Source: a virus
Lineage: Duplodnaviria; Caudoviricetes
Length of the DNA: 57,368 nucleotides
Virus record (IMG/VR): IMGVR_UViG_3300020221_000020
Coordinates: 1 to 57,368 of that record
Direction: 5' to 3' (one strand)
How positions within the stretch are numbered: position 1 is the first letter of the stretch; every line of letters begins with the position of its first letter. A program made the position numbers and the translations under genes. Shown here in pieces: positions 37,401 through 47,900 of this stretch. Below the pieces are notes generated by a model, which was given only the letters and a program-made list of their open reading frames with translations, did no database searches and was not told the origin of the DNA.

Positions 37401-40400
37401 TCAATTTTATCTTCTGTGCTAGTTGTAAATCTTATAGTTTTAATTCCTGCGGCAAAATTTAATTTTAATGCCCCGTCTTCATTATCATATGATACTGTGT
37501 TAATGTCTCCTGTCCATGAAGCATTTTGCACTGGGGCATAACCAGCTGGAAAAATTAAAATGCCGCTGGCATCTCCATTTTCATTTGATGTAATAGCATG
37601 ACCATTATCTCCATTAGATCCAAATGCACCAACTGAATTGCCAGGAATCTGAGTAAATCTAGTATCTTGTGCCACCCATCTAGTTACATTACGAGTATCA
37701 ATAAAAGCATAATATTTTGTATTTGGTTTTAATCTTCTAACAATAAATTTAATAGCTTTAGATCTAGCATAAAGTTGAATAGACGAGGACACTATTTTAG
37801 ATCCGTTGCTTACACTTTGCACTCCTTTACCAATTTCATTATTTTGTGGACTTATATTTGAGCTAGTTGAAACAGTGGCTGGTAAAATAGTAGTATTGCT
37901 ATTTGATGTTACTTCGCTTAAAGAACTAACATTAAAGAAAGTTCTATTTGTACCTATCCAGTTTGTCAAATAAAAATTATTTAAACTAGAATATCCCTCT
38001 CTTGAATCTGCCTTTGATAAGAAAACCGAAAATACCTTTGTGTCATTATTCAATACAGAAGGACTTTGCTTAATATCATACCAATGATCAATATTTGGAG
38101 AAATTGACAAATCTCCAACGTATTGGACCACTACAAAAGGATTTGGATTTATTTCTCCGCTAGCTGTGGCAAATTTATTTTGAATTACTGTTTGTGGAGT
38201 GTATGGTAAAGTGATGACATCTCCAGTCCTTACATAACCATCAGTTGCTCGTTGTTGAGCAGATGTATTTAACTCCACTAAAGAATAAGAATTTTCTATT
38301 GATCTTGGTCTTAAAATAGATTGTTGAGTATCAATAGCACATTTGTAATCTAAAGATGGTAAATTGCCAACTGCGTGATTTTCAAAACTATCTACAATAA
38401 TACCAGATTTAAATCTATCTAATCCAATATCATCTTTTACTTGCATATTAAAAGTTTGCTGCTCTAGAATACTCATTGTAGTATAATATTCTAATCTTTC
38501 TATGCGTTTTTCTAACTTACCAATATCACGCATAGTATATCTTCTATTATCTACAGCAGTTACTCTTACATCAGCAACACTATTTGTATATGCTGGTAAA
38601 AATAGATAATATAATGCTATTGAATCATCTGGAGTTTCTGGTTTTGATGGATTCAATGAAGAATTTCCTTTTTTAGCAATAAATTCTCCTTTTTTATTTA
38701 AGAAAATTCCATCAATTCTATCTAAGTATTGTTGACTATTAAAAATTATTGATGCTTCTAAACTAGCATCATGTGCTACTGCAGCAGATGGAATACCGCC
38801 AGATCCATTAAATCCTATTGATTCGCCAGACAATAATAGTGTTTTATTTTGGAATCCAGATAAAATAGTATTTACATCAACTTTTGGTCTAAAATCAACT
38901 ACATCTGTCAAAGAAACTTTTCCTAAAACGGGAGAATTGAAACTAGGTATATCAGATATGGGAGTGCCAGTTAAAGTATACGAATCTACAATAGAAAAAT
39001 CTCCTTGTGAATGCTCAAAATAATTAAAAACAATCACTAATTGTCCGATTGGAGCAGAATATCCTGGTTTTAAAACTAATCTAGAAACATCATAAAATGT
39101 GTCTCTTTGACCATCATCAAAAGTAAAATGATCTGTAATATCAAATCCATCTATTATATTATTTTGATCATCTAAAACAGGTGGACTTGAAGTAGATCCT
39201 TCAAAAACTTTAATGTCTGTGCCATAAATTCCAAATGCATCTGCATACGAGATTACATCTGCAGTTTTTTCATCATAGTCATATCCTCTAAATGGTATTA
39301 TTTTATCTCCACTTGACACTACCGCAATACGTTTGTTTCGGATAGCAACTTTAGTTTTAGGGGAAGCTTTATCTATTTCGATAGTAGCAGATAATTTTAA
39401 CACTACATTTGATGCTGCCGCAGCATCAGTACGAAATGTTAAATTATCTAACGTAATTGCCACCCCACCAGTTAATGTTTGTGCAACTTGATCTTTGGTG
39501 AGATACATTACATCACCATTTTCTAATCCAGTATTTGAATTTCCTTTGTCTAAAATAGTGAGTAAGAAATTACTTTCTTCAAAATCTATGAATCTTTGTG
39601 TACCAAATTTTAATTGTGCCGAAAACGTAATTTTTCCGCCAGAAGTAGAAGAAGTAGTAATAAAATCTCTTCTTATATAATACTTAAATTTTGTATTATC
39701 ACTATCCTGAATTAATGATCTTGGTGATTTAAATCCAATTGGAAATAATAACGATGGATTTGGAGGACTAGTTAATTTTGTCCTTTTTCTAACAATAACT
39801 GAATTATTAACATCTGCTTTTAAAGCACTATCTAAGTATATTGCTGCTTTAGATAATCCTGAGGGAGATGATACAGATTCTACTAGACTTCGTACTACTG
39901 TATTATTAACGTCAATATATTGAATAATATCCCCAGGCACCAAATCTTTTGCTGGATCTCCAGAAAAAGCTAAACAAATTAAATATTTCTGTCCTTTCTT
40001 ACCAGAAAAAGTTAATGTAGTTATATCCTTACTAACAGAATATTCAGTATCAAAAGTTTCTACATCAGCAGTAAATTTATTTACGCCACCACCGCCAAAT
40101 TCAGAGTAAAGTGACTTTACATTTTCGTTTGTATAAGTTGTAATTACATTTTTAAATAAAACCGCTTTTACAACTGCAGTTTGTGTTGGATTAACGCCAG
40201 AATCACTGTTTATTATTACAGACGGCGGTGATACATATTCATCACTAAACAAATTTCTATCTATGATAGATACGCTGATAGCTTTTCCTCCTACCAGTTG
40301 GGGTTTAATTATAGAAACATCAACTGCTTTTCCATTAATAGAAATTGGTTTTGAAGCAACAACTGAAGTTGATTGGGCATAACCACTTCCTCTTTTTGTC

Positions 40401-42964
40401 ACAACAAAATGAGAAATTGTATTTTCTCTTGCAATGGAAATAGAATTTCCAGATTCATCTGTTATTGTTTCTCCTGAAGCAAAAGTACCAGACAATACCT
40501 TGACATGTAAAGTATTTGATGAGCTAAAACTAGAATCTGCTGTGCCTTCAATAACAGCATACGCTCCACTTTTGGATCCTGTAATATATTGACCAGCGGA
40601 AAATCCAGATGTTATTTTACTCTCGGTTGTTATTTTTGTAAAAAATAAAGGATTGAAATATTCTAAATTAAATATGGCATTATAAACAGAATTTCCAGAA
40701 ATATCTTTTCCTTTTGAAATTATTTTATCTGTTTCTTGATTAAACCCAGCTGCTCTTTTTAATAAAGTAATATTTTTTGATTTTGCAAAACCAATAATAG
40801 GTATAATGGTTTCGCTATAATCTACGATTTCTCCAAATGGCAAAATAACATTAGTTGCTGTAATTGGCACTGTTAATATAATATTTCCAGTCGCTGCCGA
40901 ATTAGGATTAGCTGCTAACGTATATTCAAAATATTTATCGGTAGGTCCAGCTAAAACTGTTGCTCCAGAAATATTATAAACATCTGGTATTGCCCCTGCT
41001 ATTGTTATCGTATTCCCAGCACTTAGACCATGACTTGTTAAAGTGGTTACTTTTGCAATGTAAGTATTGACACCACCAACAACTCTAACTTCATATGCTA
41101 AAGATACCACTTGAATTTGAGTGCCACTCGCTTGCCAGTAATAATTTTGTGCATTGAAAGCACCGTTATCGGTAGTGCTGGACGGTGTTCTATAAAATAA
41201 TTGTCTTCTTTTTACATCTGTAGTTGCAGATGTGGCACTTAATGCAGAAGGAATAAAATCACCGTTATCAAATTCTAAAAATTTTTCTTGTAAATCCCTT
41301 TTATTACCTAAAACTGTTAATTCTAAATACACTTCACCGCCAATATCATCTGGTCTTTCGACAGTGGAGAATGCAATTACTTCTACATAATCAACTGTAG
41401 TAGCTGCTAATGATTGTGCTAAATTAGCTACATAGTATAATTTTTGACCTAAAATATAATCAAAACTTGCTGCAGGCGTTTTTGCTTTGACGTAAATAGT
41501 TTTTATTGCATAATCATGTATAACATTAGTTTTTGCTAATGATCTCAGAGGAAGTGATCTACGTGAAGATGTTTTTCTAAATCCAGAATTTCCATTGTAA
41601 CCTAAATATCCATCATTAAATATTGAAGAAAAATATAATGTTGGATATGATGTTAATTGCTCTCCTTCATTATTTAAAGGAATAGTGCCATATACATTAG
41701 TAATATTAAATGATGGCAATCCATATGTCTTAATTCTATTATTTTCTTTAGTTAAAACATCACGCGCTTTATCTACAGTTACAAACTTAGTTTGTTTGTT
41801 GGCAATTTCGTATCCTCTAACATATGCTTTACCAGCACCCAAACCAGCAACAATTTTTGTCTCTGCTTCTTTTTCAGAAAAATTATCATCCCCAACAGTG
41901 CCATCAACTCTTAGTGGATAGATACCTTGATTATCTCCTTTTTGTAGATATTCTCTAATCTCAATTGGAAAATTGTCTACAATGTAATCACCAGATTCAT
42001 CATATGTTCTTCTTGCTAAAGTTTCTTCTATAACTGAAGATTCTTGATTTACAACTTTTCTTTGGATTACACCTAATTTTAAAGTAAGTAATTCAATAAA
42101 ATTATCATCTGTTGTAGTGTTTAAATCATATGCTACTAAATTCAAATCAATTTTTAAACGATGTGCTCCAGGAGCAGTATAGTTAGAAAATCCCCTAGCA
42201 TTATCATATAAAGTGATATCTTTTTCTGGAGTTACAATTTCTTCAGAAATTAAAAAACCAATTTTTTTAGATGGTTGGAAATTATACTTATCTATTACTA
42301 ACAAAGATTCTTCATTTTGCACAAAAAATCCATTAACAAAATATATTCCAGTTTCTACTTTTACTGCAGAAGCAAATCCCATAGCAGTACTTGGTTCTTC
42401 TTTTACTGCCAAAGTATCTGGATTTGTTACTTTTATTTTACTAGGTAAAGAGCTGCTATCAGTGCCCACAGTCAATCTTGGACTATTTGTAATATTTACT
42501 TCTAATTCTTCACCTTGCCTAAAAGTTTTTTCGCTATTATCACCACCACTAATATAATTTACATAAATGGTATCAGATTCTGTTTCTGTTGCATAATCTG
42601 CTTCAACTACAAGTGCTTGCACACCAGAATTTAAACCAGTTAATGTTAAATTAATTAAATCTTTGATATCATACTTTTTAAATTTAATTTCACCACCAAC
42701 ATTTTCTGCTACTTCTGAGACAGAAGATAATTTTACATAATTTAATCTATTATTAAAAGAAACTTCCCCTGGGATTACTTGTTGCCCTTGTTTAAATTGA
42801 TATTTCCCAAACTGCTCAATTTGATTCTGTAATATCGATTGTAAGGTAGTTAATTCTCTAGTTTGAATAGAATATCCAGGTCTAAAAAGTACTTTATAAA
42901 AGTTTTTAGACGCTTCAAAATCGTCGTTATATTCTTTCGTGTTTAGATTAATCTTTTCGGGCAT
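34430..42964 (-). CDS. VrlC-like / DUF4815 large virion structural protein (2844 aa)
   Basis: FYKVLFRPG..IQ.RELT.LQS.LQNQ, APGAHRLKI, LARRTYDESGDY, RRYTMRDIGKLEKRI..LEYYT, DRFKSG..VD.F. Confidence 0.9.
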   Translation of the reverse strand: MPEKINLNTKEYNDDFEASKNFYKVLFRPGYSIQTRELTTLQSILQNQIEQFGKYQFKQGQQVIPGEVSFNNRLNYVKLSSVSEVAENVGGEIKFKKYDIKDLINLTLTGLNSGVQALVVEADYATETESDTIYVNYISGGDNSEKTFRQGEELEVNITNSPRLTVGTDSSSLPSKIKVTNPDTLAVKEEPSTAMGFASAVKVETGIYFVNGFFVQNEESLLVIDKYNFQPSKKIGFLISEEIVTPEKDITLYDNARGFSNYTAPGAHRLKIDLNLVAYDLNTTTDDNFIELLTLKLGVIQRKVVNQESSVIEETLARRTYDESGDYIVDNFPIEIREYLQKGDNQGIYPLRVDGTVGDDNFSEKEAETKIVAGLGAGKAYVRGYEIANKQTKFVTVDKARDVLTKENNRIKTYGLPSFNITNVYGTIPLNNEGEQLTSYPTLYFSSIFNDGYLGYNGNSGFRKTSSRRSLPLRSLAKTNVIHDYAIKTIYVKAKTPAASFDYILGQKLYYVANLAQSLAATTVDYVEVIAFSTVERPDDIGGEVYLELTVLGNKRDLQEKFLEFDNGDFIPSALSATSATTDVKRRQLFYRTPSSTTDNGAFNAQNYYWQASGTQIQVVSLAYEVRVVGGVNTYIAKVTTLTSHGLSAGNTITIAGAIPDVYNISGATVLAGPTDKYFEYTLAANPNSAATGNIILTVPITATNVILPFGEIVDYSETIIPIIGFAKSKNITLLKRAAGFNQETDKIISKGKDISGNSVYNAIFNLEYFNPLFFTKITTESKITSGFSAGQYITGSKSGAYAVIEGTADSSFSSSNTLHVKVLSGTFASGETITDESGNSISIARENTISHFVVTKRGSGYAQSTSVVASKPISINGKAVDVSIIKPQLVGGKAISVSIIDRNLFSDEYVSPPSVIINSDSGVNPTQTAVVKAVLFKNVITTYTNENVKSLYSEFGGGGVNKFTADVETFDTEYSVSKDITTLTFSGKKGQKYLICLAFSGDPAKDLVPGDIIQYIDVNNTVVRSLVESVSSPSGLSKAAIYLDSALKADVNNSVIVRKRTKLTSPPNPSLLFPIGFKSPRSLIQDSDNTKFKYYIRRDFITTSSTSGGKITFSAQLKFGTQRFIDFEESNFLLTILDKGNSNTGLENGDVMYLTKDQVAQTLTGGVAITLDNLTFRTDAAAASNVVLKLSATIEIDKASPKTKVAIRNKRIAVVSSGDKIIPFRGYDYDEKTADVISYADAFGIYGTDIKVFEGSTSSPPVLDDQNNIIDGFDITDHFTFDDGQRDTFYDVSRLVLKPGYSAPIGQLVIVFNYFEHSQGDFSIVDSYTLTGTPISDIPSFNSPVLGKVSLTDVVDFRPKVDVNTILSGFQNKTLLLSGESIGFNGSGGIPSAAVAHDASLEASIIFNSQQYLDRIDGIFLNKKGEFIAKKGNSSLNPSKPETPDDSIALYYLFLPAYTNSVADVRVTAVDNRRYTMRDIGKLEKRIERLEYYTTMSILEQQTFNMQVKDDIGLDRFKSGIIVDSFENHAVGNLPSLDYKCAIDTQQSILRPRSIENSYSLVELNTSAQQRATDGYVRTGDVITLPYTPQTVIQNKFATASGEINPNPFVVVQYVGDLSISPNIDHWYDIKQSPSVLNNDTKVFSVFLSKADSREGYSSLNNFYLTNWIGTNRTFFNVSSLSEVTSNSNTTILPATVSTSSNISPQNNEIGKGVQSVSNGSKIVSSSIQLYARSKAIKFIVRRLKPNTKYYAFIDTRNVTRWVAQDTRFTQIPGNSVGAFGSNGDNGHAITSNENGDASGILIFPAGYAPVQNASWTGDINTVSYDNEDGALKLNFAAGIKTIRFTTSTEDKIDNTVDSFAECKYYPTGIFPNQPASIISTIPSFFKAPEGIQFIDNASTQAKPSPLSQTFRIENFEGGVFVTELDLFFSKKSDTLPVRVYLTDTNSKKPGNYIIPGTEVVKLPDTYLKITANSTLNLTIGETISGSESGVKGVVKEVVDKNGNKLVPTLQKTVSLSNDQVYTLVLSNYISATGSAFKSGESLVIQTLIDINKQNNSQLLVSISKDSGKISKLLITDYGEGYDSATLIIQSPQLPGGSSALGNVSISNGEVFEANIILPGSGYTDPPSIILKPNGSISREAVIIPILEVDTPAVRMGVSVDPNDGVTTSSISPTKFVFDNPIYLQNNTDYALSIETDSTNYRIWSSKLGETDVATSQVITQQPLLGSVFKSQNVDTWTEDLSQDIKFTLYRAVFTKGSTATARLTNEDLGYEMLDMNSIETDASSNDSATSLLFKNNNKITRILHINNGFEDSGKSYVTFKQVNTVGGIDGEYFNTNLFPVSNSGLEYYNITTNLGAGSSTFGGGNKILASYNRKYEKLYPQIGYLSFTNTKFNAEVKTTNIIPLDSVGENYTSYQQSDYETTFLNEEHYFTNQKVIASYFNEIKNNATWGEKKKSLVYKLTFSTTLDHLSPIIDLRSSSVKTISSFVDKGYGDQTRYGRRYKILKFYPVYKFEVSNLPAGQGGQAILPTINQSVVGVNTKTKGDIIKVTSNTIYVKIKNTGLYQAGEALTFGVQNLDGASVSPNGITEVLPVFTPGTNVEVYREDLVNRFSTKIYAKIISWDKIKKELVVLEEKAPINGNYTAYAEGNTYGRSSANNGANQQPDIIRVYDKLWHQNIAPQSLTDTNESVPGFIEVSSATYSPGILYISDINSKNSSSVAKYVTKEITLANPATTIDVRLTANLAKQDDIEVYYKIKPVNSQSTFDDVEYIPFNGTGYPDFDVAPSNEIAIAGLFENQSSYKEHKYTAVNLNEFSSFAIKIVMKASNPCYVPKIQDARIVAAF

Positions 42965-43007
42965 CTCTATTCAATGTGAAGTTTTATATTATGAAATTAA
43001 TAATATA

Positions 43008-44888
43008 TCAGAATTCGATCACTAATTTAATATCTTCAATCTGATCTGGTGCTCTTGTAATTAGTCTTCGATTTTCAACGTAAATAATATCTCCAGTATA
43101 TTTTGCAACTTCTGGTAATGCTAATCCATTAGTAAAAGATAATCCTAGAAGTGGTAGCACTGTTCCTCCAGTAGTATAAGTTGTTTCTACGGTGCCAGTA
43201 ATTAAAGAAGTTTGTCCAGTAATTAATTTTGCGGCATTAGAAACAAACAATCTTACAACACCATTATCTGTATGTAAATCTGGAGTTTGGAAATACTTTA
43301 ATACGCCTGAAGATGGAGTTTGCCCCGCTGGCACTTCATCAAAAACCCAAGAAACCACAGTTCCTATTGCAAATTTTCCTGCAGCAATTTCTTGTTTAAT
43401 AATTTCATCTGGTTGGAAATTTCCAGAAACGTTATTTAACTTAACAGCGTACAAAGAGCTTAATGTATCTGCTGTTGCAAAATCTGTTGATGGAGCGGGA
43501 AGACGAGGATCGGTAATAATACCAATTCTTCTAAAATCATTATCTACAGGGAAATCACCTTGTCCCTCGGCATACGTTAAACGAATATTTGCCATGATTC
43601 TCTTGGCAAATAATTCAGCAACAGGATCTGCACCGTGACCTCCTTTTACTGGGATAACAACTTCGATTGCTCCAGTAGCACTTCCAGGAACTGTAAATGG
43701 ATTTGTCAAATCTGGATTTTCAAATAAATACCCATTCTTTAATAAGATATTACCGTAAGTATATCCAGACCCAGAAATATTTACTCTTGCTCCAGTATTG
43801 TCAACAAGATATGCGGTATCAATTGTGCCAGATGCAGTAGTTTCGATTCTTACTCTGCCACCAGTGCCGTTTCCTTGAATTTCAGTATAGATTACTTCAC
43901 TAGCTGGTAAATTAGATCCAATATTTTTTACAATAATTGCACTAATTGATCCAGACTGAGTTGCTGCTAGAGTTTGAACTACAGAATCTTGCACAACTGG
44001 CATAAAATCTGTAGATAAAAATCTAATAACATCATTGGTTGGGATAGTATACATATACTTCCAGATATATCCATTTAATGCTACCGTTGGGAATTCAGTG
44101 AAAAATCCTGTTGCACTATCATATGCTCCTTGCCCAGTTGGTGCAGGATTTCTTTTTGGTTGTAAAGCAACATTGGTGCCACCAGGATTTGCTGCACTCT
44201 CTCCATTATAAACACATTTGAAAACTTCATAGTTTTCATTTACAATATAAAATCTAGCATTTGAGATAGATTGAGCAGGACCAGCTGGACCAGAACCATC
44301 TGGATCAACTGTAGCTGGTTTAGCATAAGAATAATCAGGTTTCCACATGTCAAATTTGGGATTGACAGTTGGATTCCAATTATATCTTCTAATTACTGGT
44401 CTAACTTGCTCGGATGTAATTCTTTTCAAAGCAACCATGTCATCATGAATGCTTTGATCTTCCTCTTGATTATCAGCTGGTCTTAGAGGAATTTCATCGG
44501 TAGCATAACGATATACTGCAGCATTTGCAGTTGCATTTGATGTATTACCTTTAATTTGACTTCCAATTCCAGGCACCGCAACAATATTAGGAAATACGTT
44601 TGAAAGAAGTAAACTATTTGGATAAACAGCTTCTACAGTTGCTCTAAATGGAGAATTTGATAACGTAATACCAGTGCCAGTCACAAAGACCTGCTCTCCA
44701 ACCTGAAAACTTCCAACAGCAGCATATATTTCTAGATATGCGTACCATCGTTGTGGTCTACCGACAAAGAAATATGATTTTGTCCTGTCTGAAGAAGTGG
44801 ATTCAGACCCAGTTGCCCCCTCGGACAAAGATTCTAAAAATTGTTTTGCATTAAAAATTCTGAATTTTTCAGAAATGATGGCTGCCAT
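43008..44888 (-). CDS. gp8: Baseplate wedge subunit
   Basis: AIISEKFRIFNA, FYIVN.NYEVFKC, GYIWKYMYTI, FLSTDFMPV, GGHGADP, NDFRRIG, YVENR...RAPDQIEDIKLVIEF. Confidence 0.93.
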   Translation of the reverse strand: MAAIISEKFRIFNAKQFLESLSEGATGSESTSSDRTKSYFFVGRPQRWYAYLEIYAAVGSFQVGEQVFVTGTGITLSNSPFRATVEAVYPNSLLLSNVFPNIVAVPGIGSQIKGNTSNATANAAVYRYATDEIPLRPADNQEEDQSIHDDMVALKRITSEQVRPVIRRYNWNPTVNPKFDMWKPDYSYAKPATVDPDGSGPAGPAQSISNARFYIVNENYEVFKCVYNGESAANPGGTNVALQPKRNPAPTGQGAYDSATGFFTEFPTVALNGYIWKYMYTIPTNDVIRFLSTDFMPVVQDSVVQTLAATQSGSISAIIVKNIGSNLPASEVIYTEIQGNGTGGRVRIETTASGTIDTAYLVDNTGARVNISGSGYTYGNILLKNGYLFENPDLTNPFTVPGSATGAIEVVIPVKGGHGADPVAELFAKRIMANIRLTYAEGQGDFPVDNDFRRIGIITDPRLPAPSTDFATADTLSSLYAVKLNNVSGNFQPDEIIKQEIAAGKFAIGTVVSWVFDEVPAGQTPSSGVLKYFQTPDLHTDNGVVRLFVSNAAKLITGQTSLITGTVETTYTTGGTVLPLLGLSFTNGLALPEVAKYTGDIIYVENRRLITRAPDQIEDIKLVIEF

Positions 44889-44923
44889 AGTCTTCCCTTT
44901 GGTTGCTTATTTTAATTCCAAGT

Positions 44924-44937
44924 TATTTATATTTATA
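44924..44937 (-). promoter_or_regulatory. Two overlapping TATAAATA late promoters for gp8
   Basis: Matches at 44924-44931 and 44930-44937. Confidence 0.75.
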
Positions 44938-44941
44938 CTGT

Positions 44942-47900
44942 TTATAATAAACTTCTTAAGTAATCACCAGCATTGTGCGATTTAGCAACTGTATTTTCTG
45001 CTCCCCTAACACACCCAATAAAACGATCACTTAATTTATTAGTATATGTTACTATTTCATCACCAATCAGTAGTTTCCCAGTATTAGGATACCTAGACGT
45101 GTTTGGAATATAAACTATAGTATCAGTTGTGTTTAATCCGCTATCCAATATTGCGCCAAATTCATTGACAGATGGCCATGTTAATTCCCAAACAGATCCA
45201 CTTATTCCTGTAGATGATGCATAACCATCCGAAAAATCTCCAAGAGTTATATTTGGGTAATAAATCTCCATCATTTCTAAAGTATTTTGCTCGCTTACAT
45301 TTGCTAATCCATAATCAGTAATAAATTTAATATTTTCATAAACTTCAAATCTATTTCCTAATTTACCAAAGTGATACTTATCATTATTTAACCCAGTGTA
45401 ATAAGTGTCAACAGCTCCAAAATCTGCAATTACTGTGGTAGTTTTTGTTAAAGATTGAATTGTAGAAATTACTGGGGGGAAGAAGAATTTAGATAATCTC
45501 TCATACGAGATATTAGTAATTGAAATAAATTCTGGTGGATCTAAAGTTATAATAGAAGTAATATCTCTGTTTACTTTTTTTATCTCTGCATCTTTTGGTG
45601 GTGGTGTTATTATTATAGTTGGATTTGTTGAATCGTAGAAACACCTTACATCAGAAATTGTTTGAATTTCTGGTGAATCAGAAGGAGTTTTAATAATTGA
45701 GATTAATCTTGATACAGTAGTATCTAAAAATATTTGTGGACTTAGTAATAAATCAGTCCTGCTGCTTATTACTTTTTGTGGAGATTTGTATATACTATAT
45801 CCTCTAGTAACATATACTTTTGGCGGAGTAATATAACCACTACCAGGATTTGTAATGACAATATCAATAATTTCTCCTCGGTCCATTACGACAAAACCAG
45901 AAGCGCCTCCCCCAGTTACAGGACCAATGATATTACCAAAAGAATCTCTTTGTGGTTGTGGCACAAAAACCAATTGAGGAGTTTTATCATATCCATATGC
46001 ATTTGGTTGAATTGATATGCCCCTATATTCAATAATGGCATCATTTTTATTAGTCACTAATATAGTTGTGTTATCACGCAATCTTACCAAATTTGGATTT
46101 GTCAATTCTACAATAGTATTTCTTCCATAAATGGTTTTTGGTAAGATAATTCCATCATATATTCTAACAGCAAATTCTTCATACTTTCTATTATTCCATG
46201 TTAATGACGTTACTTTTCCACCATTAACAGATGCTAATACACTTAATCCAACGCCATCTATTATACCGTTATATTGTGTTACATCAACTAAACCATAGTG
46301 ATTCTCTTCAATAAGATCTTCTGGTCTATGACCTAGTTTTTTTAAGGTTTCTGGAATTTCTAAAATTTGACGATAATCTCTCTCGCCATCAATTTTTACT
46401 AAATCTCCAATATCTAAATTATTTTCATACTTAGGTAGTAATTCTGTGCCTACCATCCATCCAGCTTTAGTTTTGAATACTAATTCATTTTTTTCATCAT
46501 CCTCAGTAAAAGAAGAAATTGATGCAATTTGATTAGATGGTATTACATATTCAGACAATCCTCCAGTTGGCACAAATTTTAAATCTTTCAAAGATGAAAA
46601 TTTATTATTTTGTTGTCTAATTATAAATCTAGTAGTTAATTGTCCAGGTGTTTTACTATATTGTAATACTTCTCCCACCGCTTCCCATTGCCCCAAACTA
46701 TTTCCTTGATAAACCGTCGATCTATCAGATAATTCTTTGAAAGATACTGCACCATTTACTACAATATTAATAACATTGAAAAATTTATTATTTTCAAAAT
46801 TATAAAAAGTCAATTTAGGAATTGTTTGTCTTCCATACAAATAAAGAACATTTATTTTTTGTCCAGGTTTGGGTGCTTCCGAAAAAATAATATCTGATCC
46901 CGTAATGGTGTAATCTCTGTTTCTTACTTGTAATATTCCCTCTCTAAACAGTAAAATACTTCTATCACTATCTACACTAATTGTGCGTTTTCCTAAAACA
47001 CTACGAAGTATAAATGGACCTCTTCTTTCTCCAGTAAATAATCTTTCATCTATTTCTAATCTTTCGTAGTTTCCTACACTGTAAGCAAAGAATTTTTGTC
47101 TATTTTCTTCATTTATTTTAGTTGGTGGTGCAACAAAAACTATTTCATTTGGAGTTTTTGTTCTATCGATATAATACGACGATGTTGCTGGAATTAAAGG
47201 AGTCATTTTATTTTCCTGCAACACTCCATCCAAAGAAACTATAAGATTTTCTTTGGCATCTAAAATTGCATTTGTGTCATCTTCATAATATAAAGGAAAT
47301 CTTGTCTTAATGCCATTGAAATCATTTTCAATATTTTTAATTTTTTTGAAATATTGAGAATTAAAAGAATTATTTTTAAATCTAACTAAACGACCAACAA
47401 ATTTTTGTGCTTCTACTATTTGATTATTTGAAATTCTTTGCCCTAATGGTGCTTGAGCAAAAGTAATGGTAGATCCAGAAACAGTAAAAGCTCTTCCAGG
47501 TTCTTGCAATACACCGTCTAATGTAATAACCAAATTATTAACATTACTCACATTTAATGGTCCTACTCCAGAAACAATCATATTAAATGTTTTTCTTCCA
47601 ACTCTATTTCCAGATTGATTAAAGTCGCCATCAAATACTTGTTGTAAAGAAAAAGAGTATGATATTGTTTCTGAAGTATCAATTGAAGATGCAAATACAG
47701 ATCCTTTACCTCTTCTAATATTATTATCTTTAACATCAATTATTGTTTGAGTAATCTGTTGTCTTGTGCTTTCAATAGTAACTCTATTAGTTTTTTCATT
47801 CCATAATTCTATAATACTAACATTATCCAATATTCTTTGATTCTCTGGCATCTGTGTCGATGCTGTAACATCAATAGATACTTCACCAAACATTTTAAAT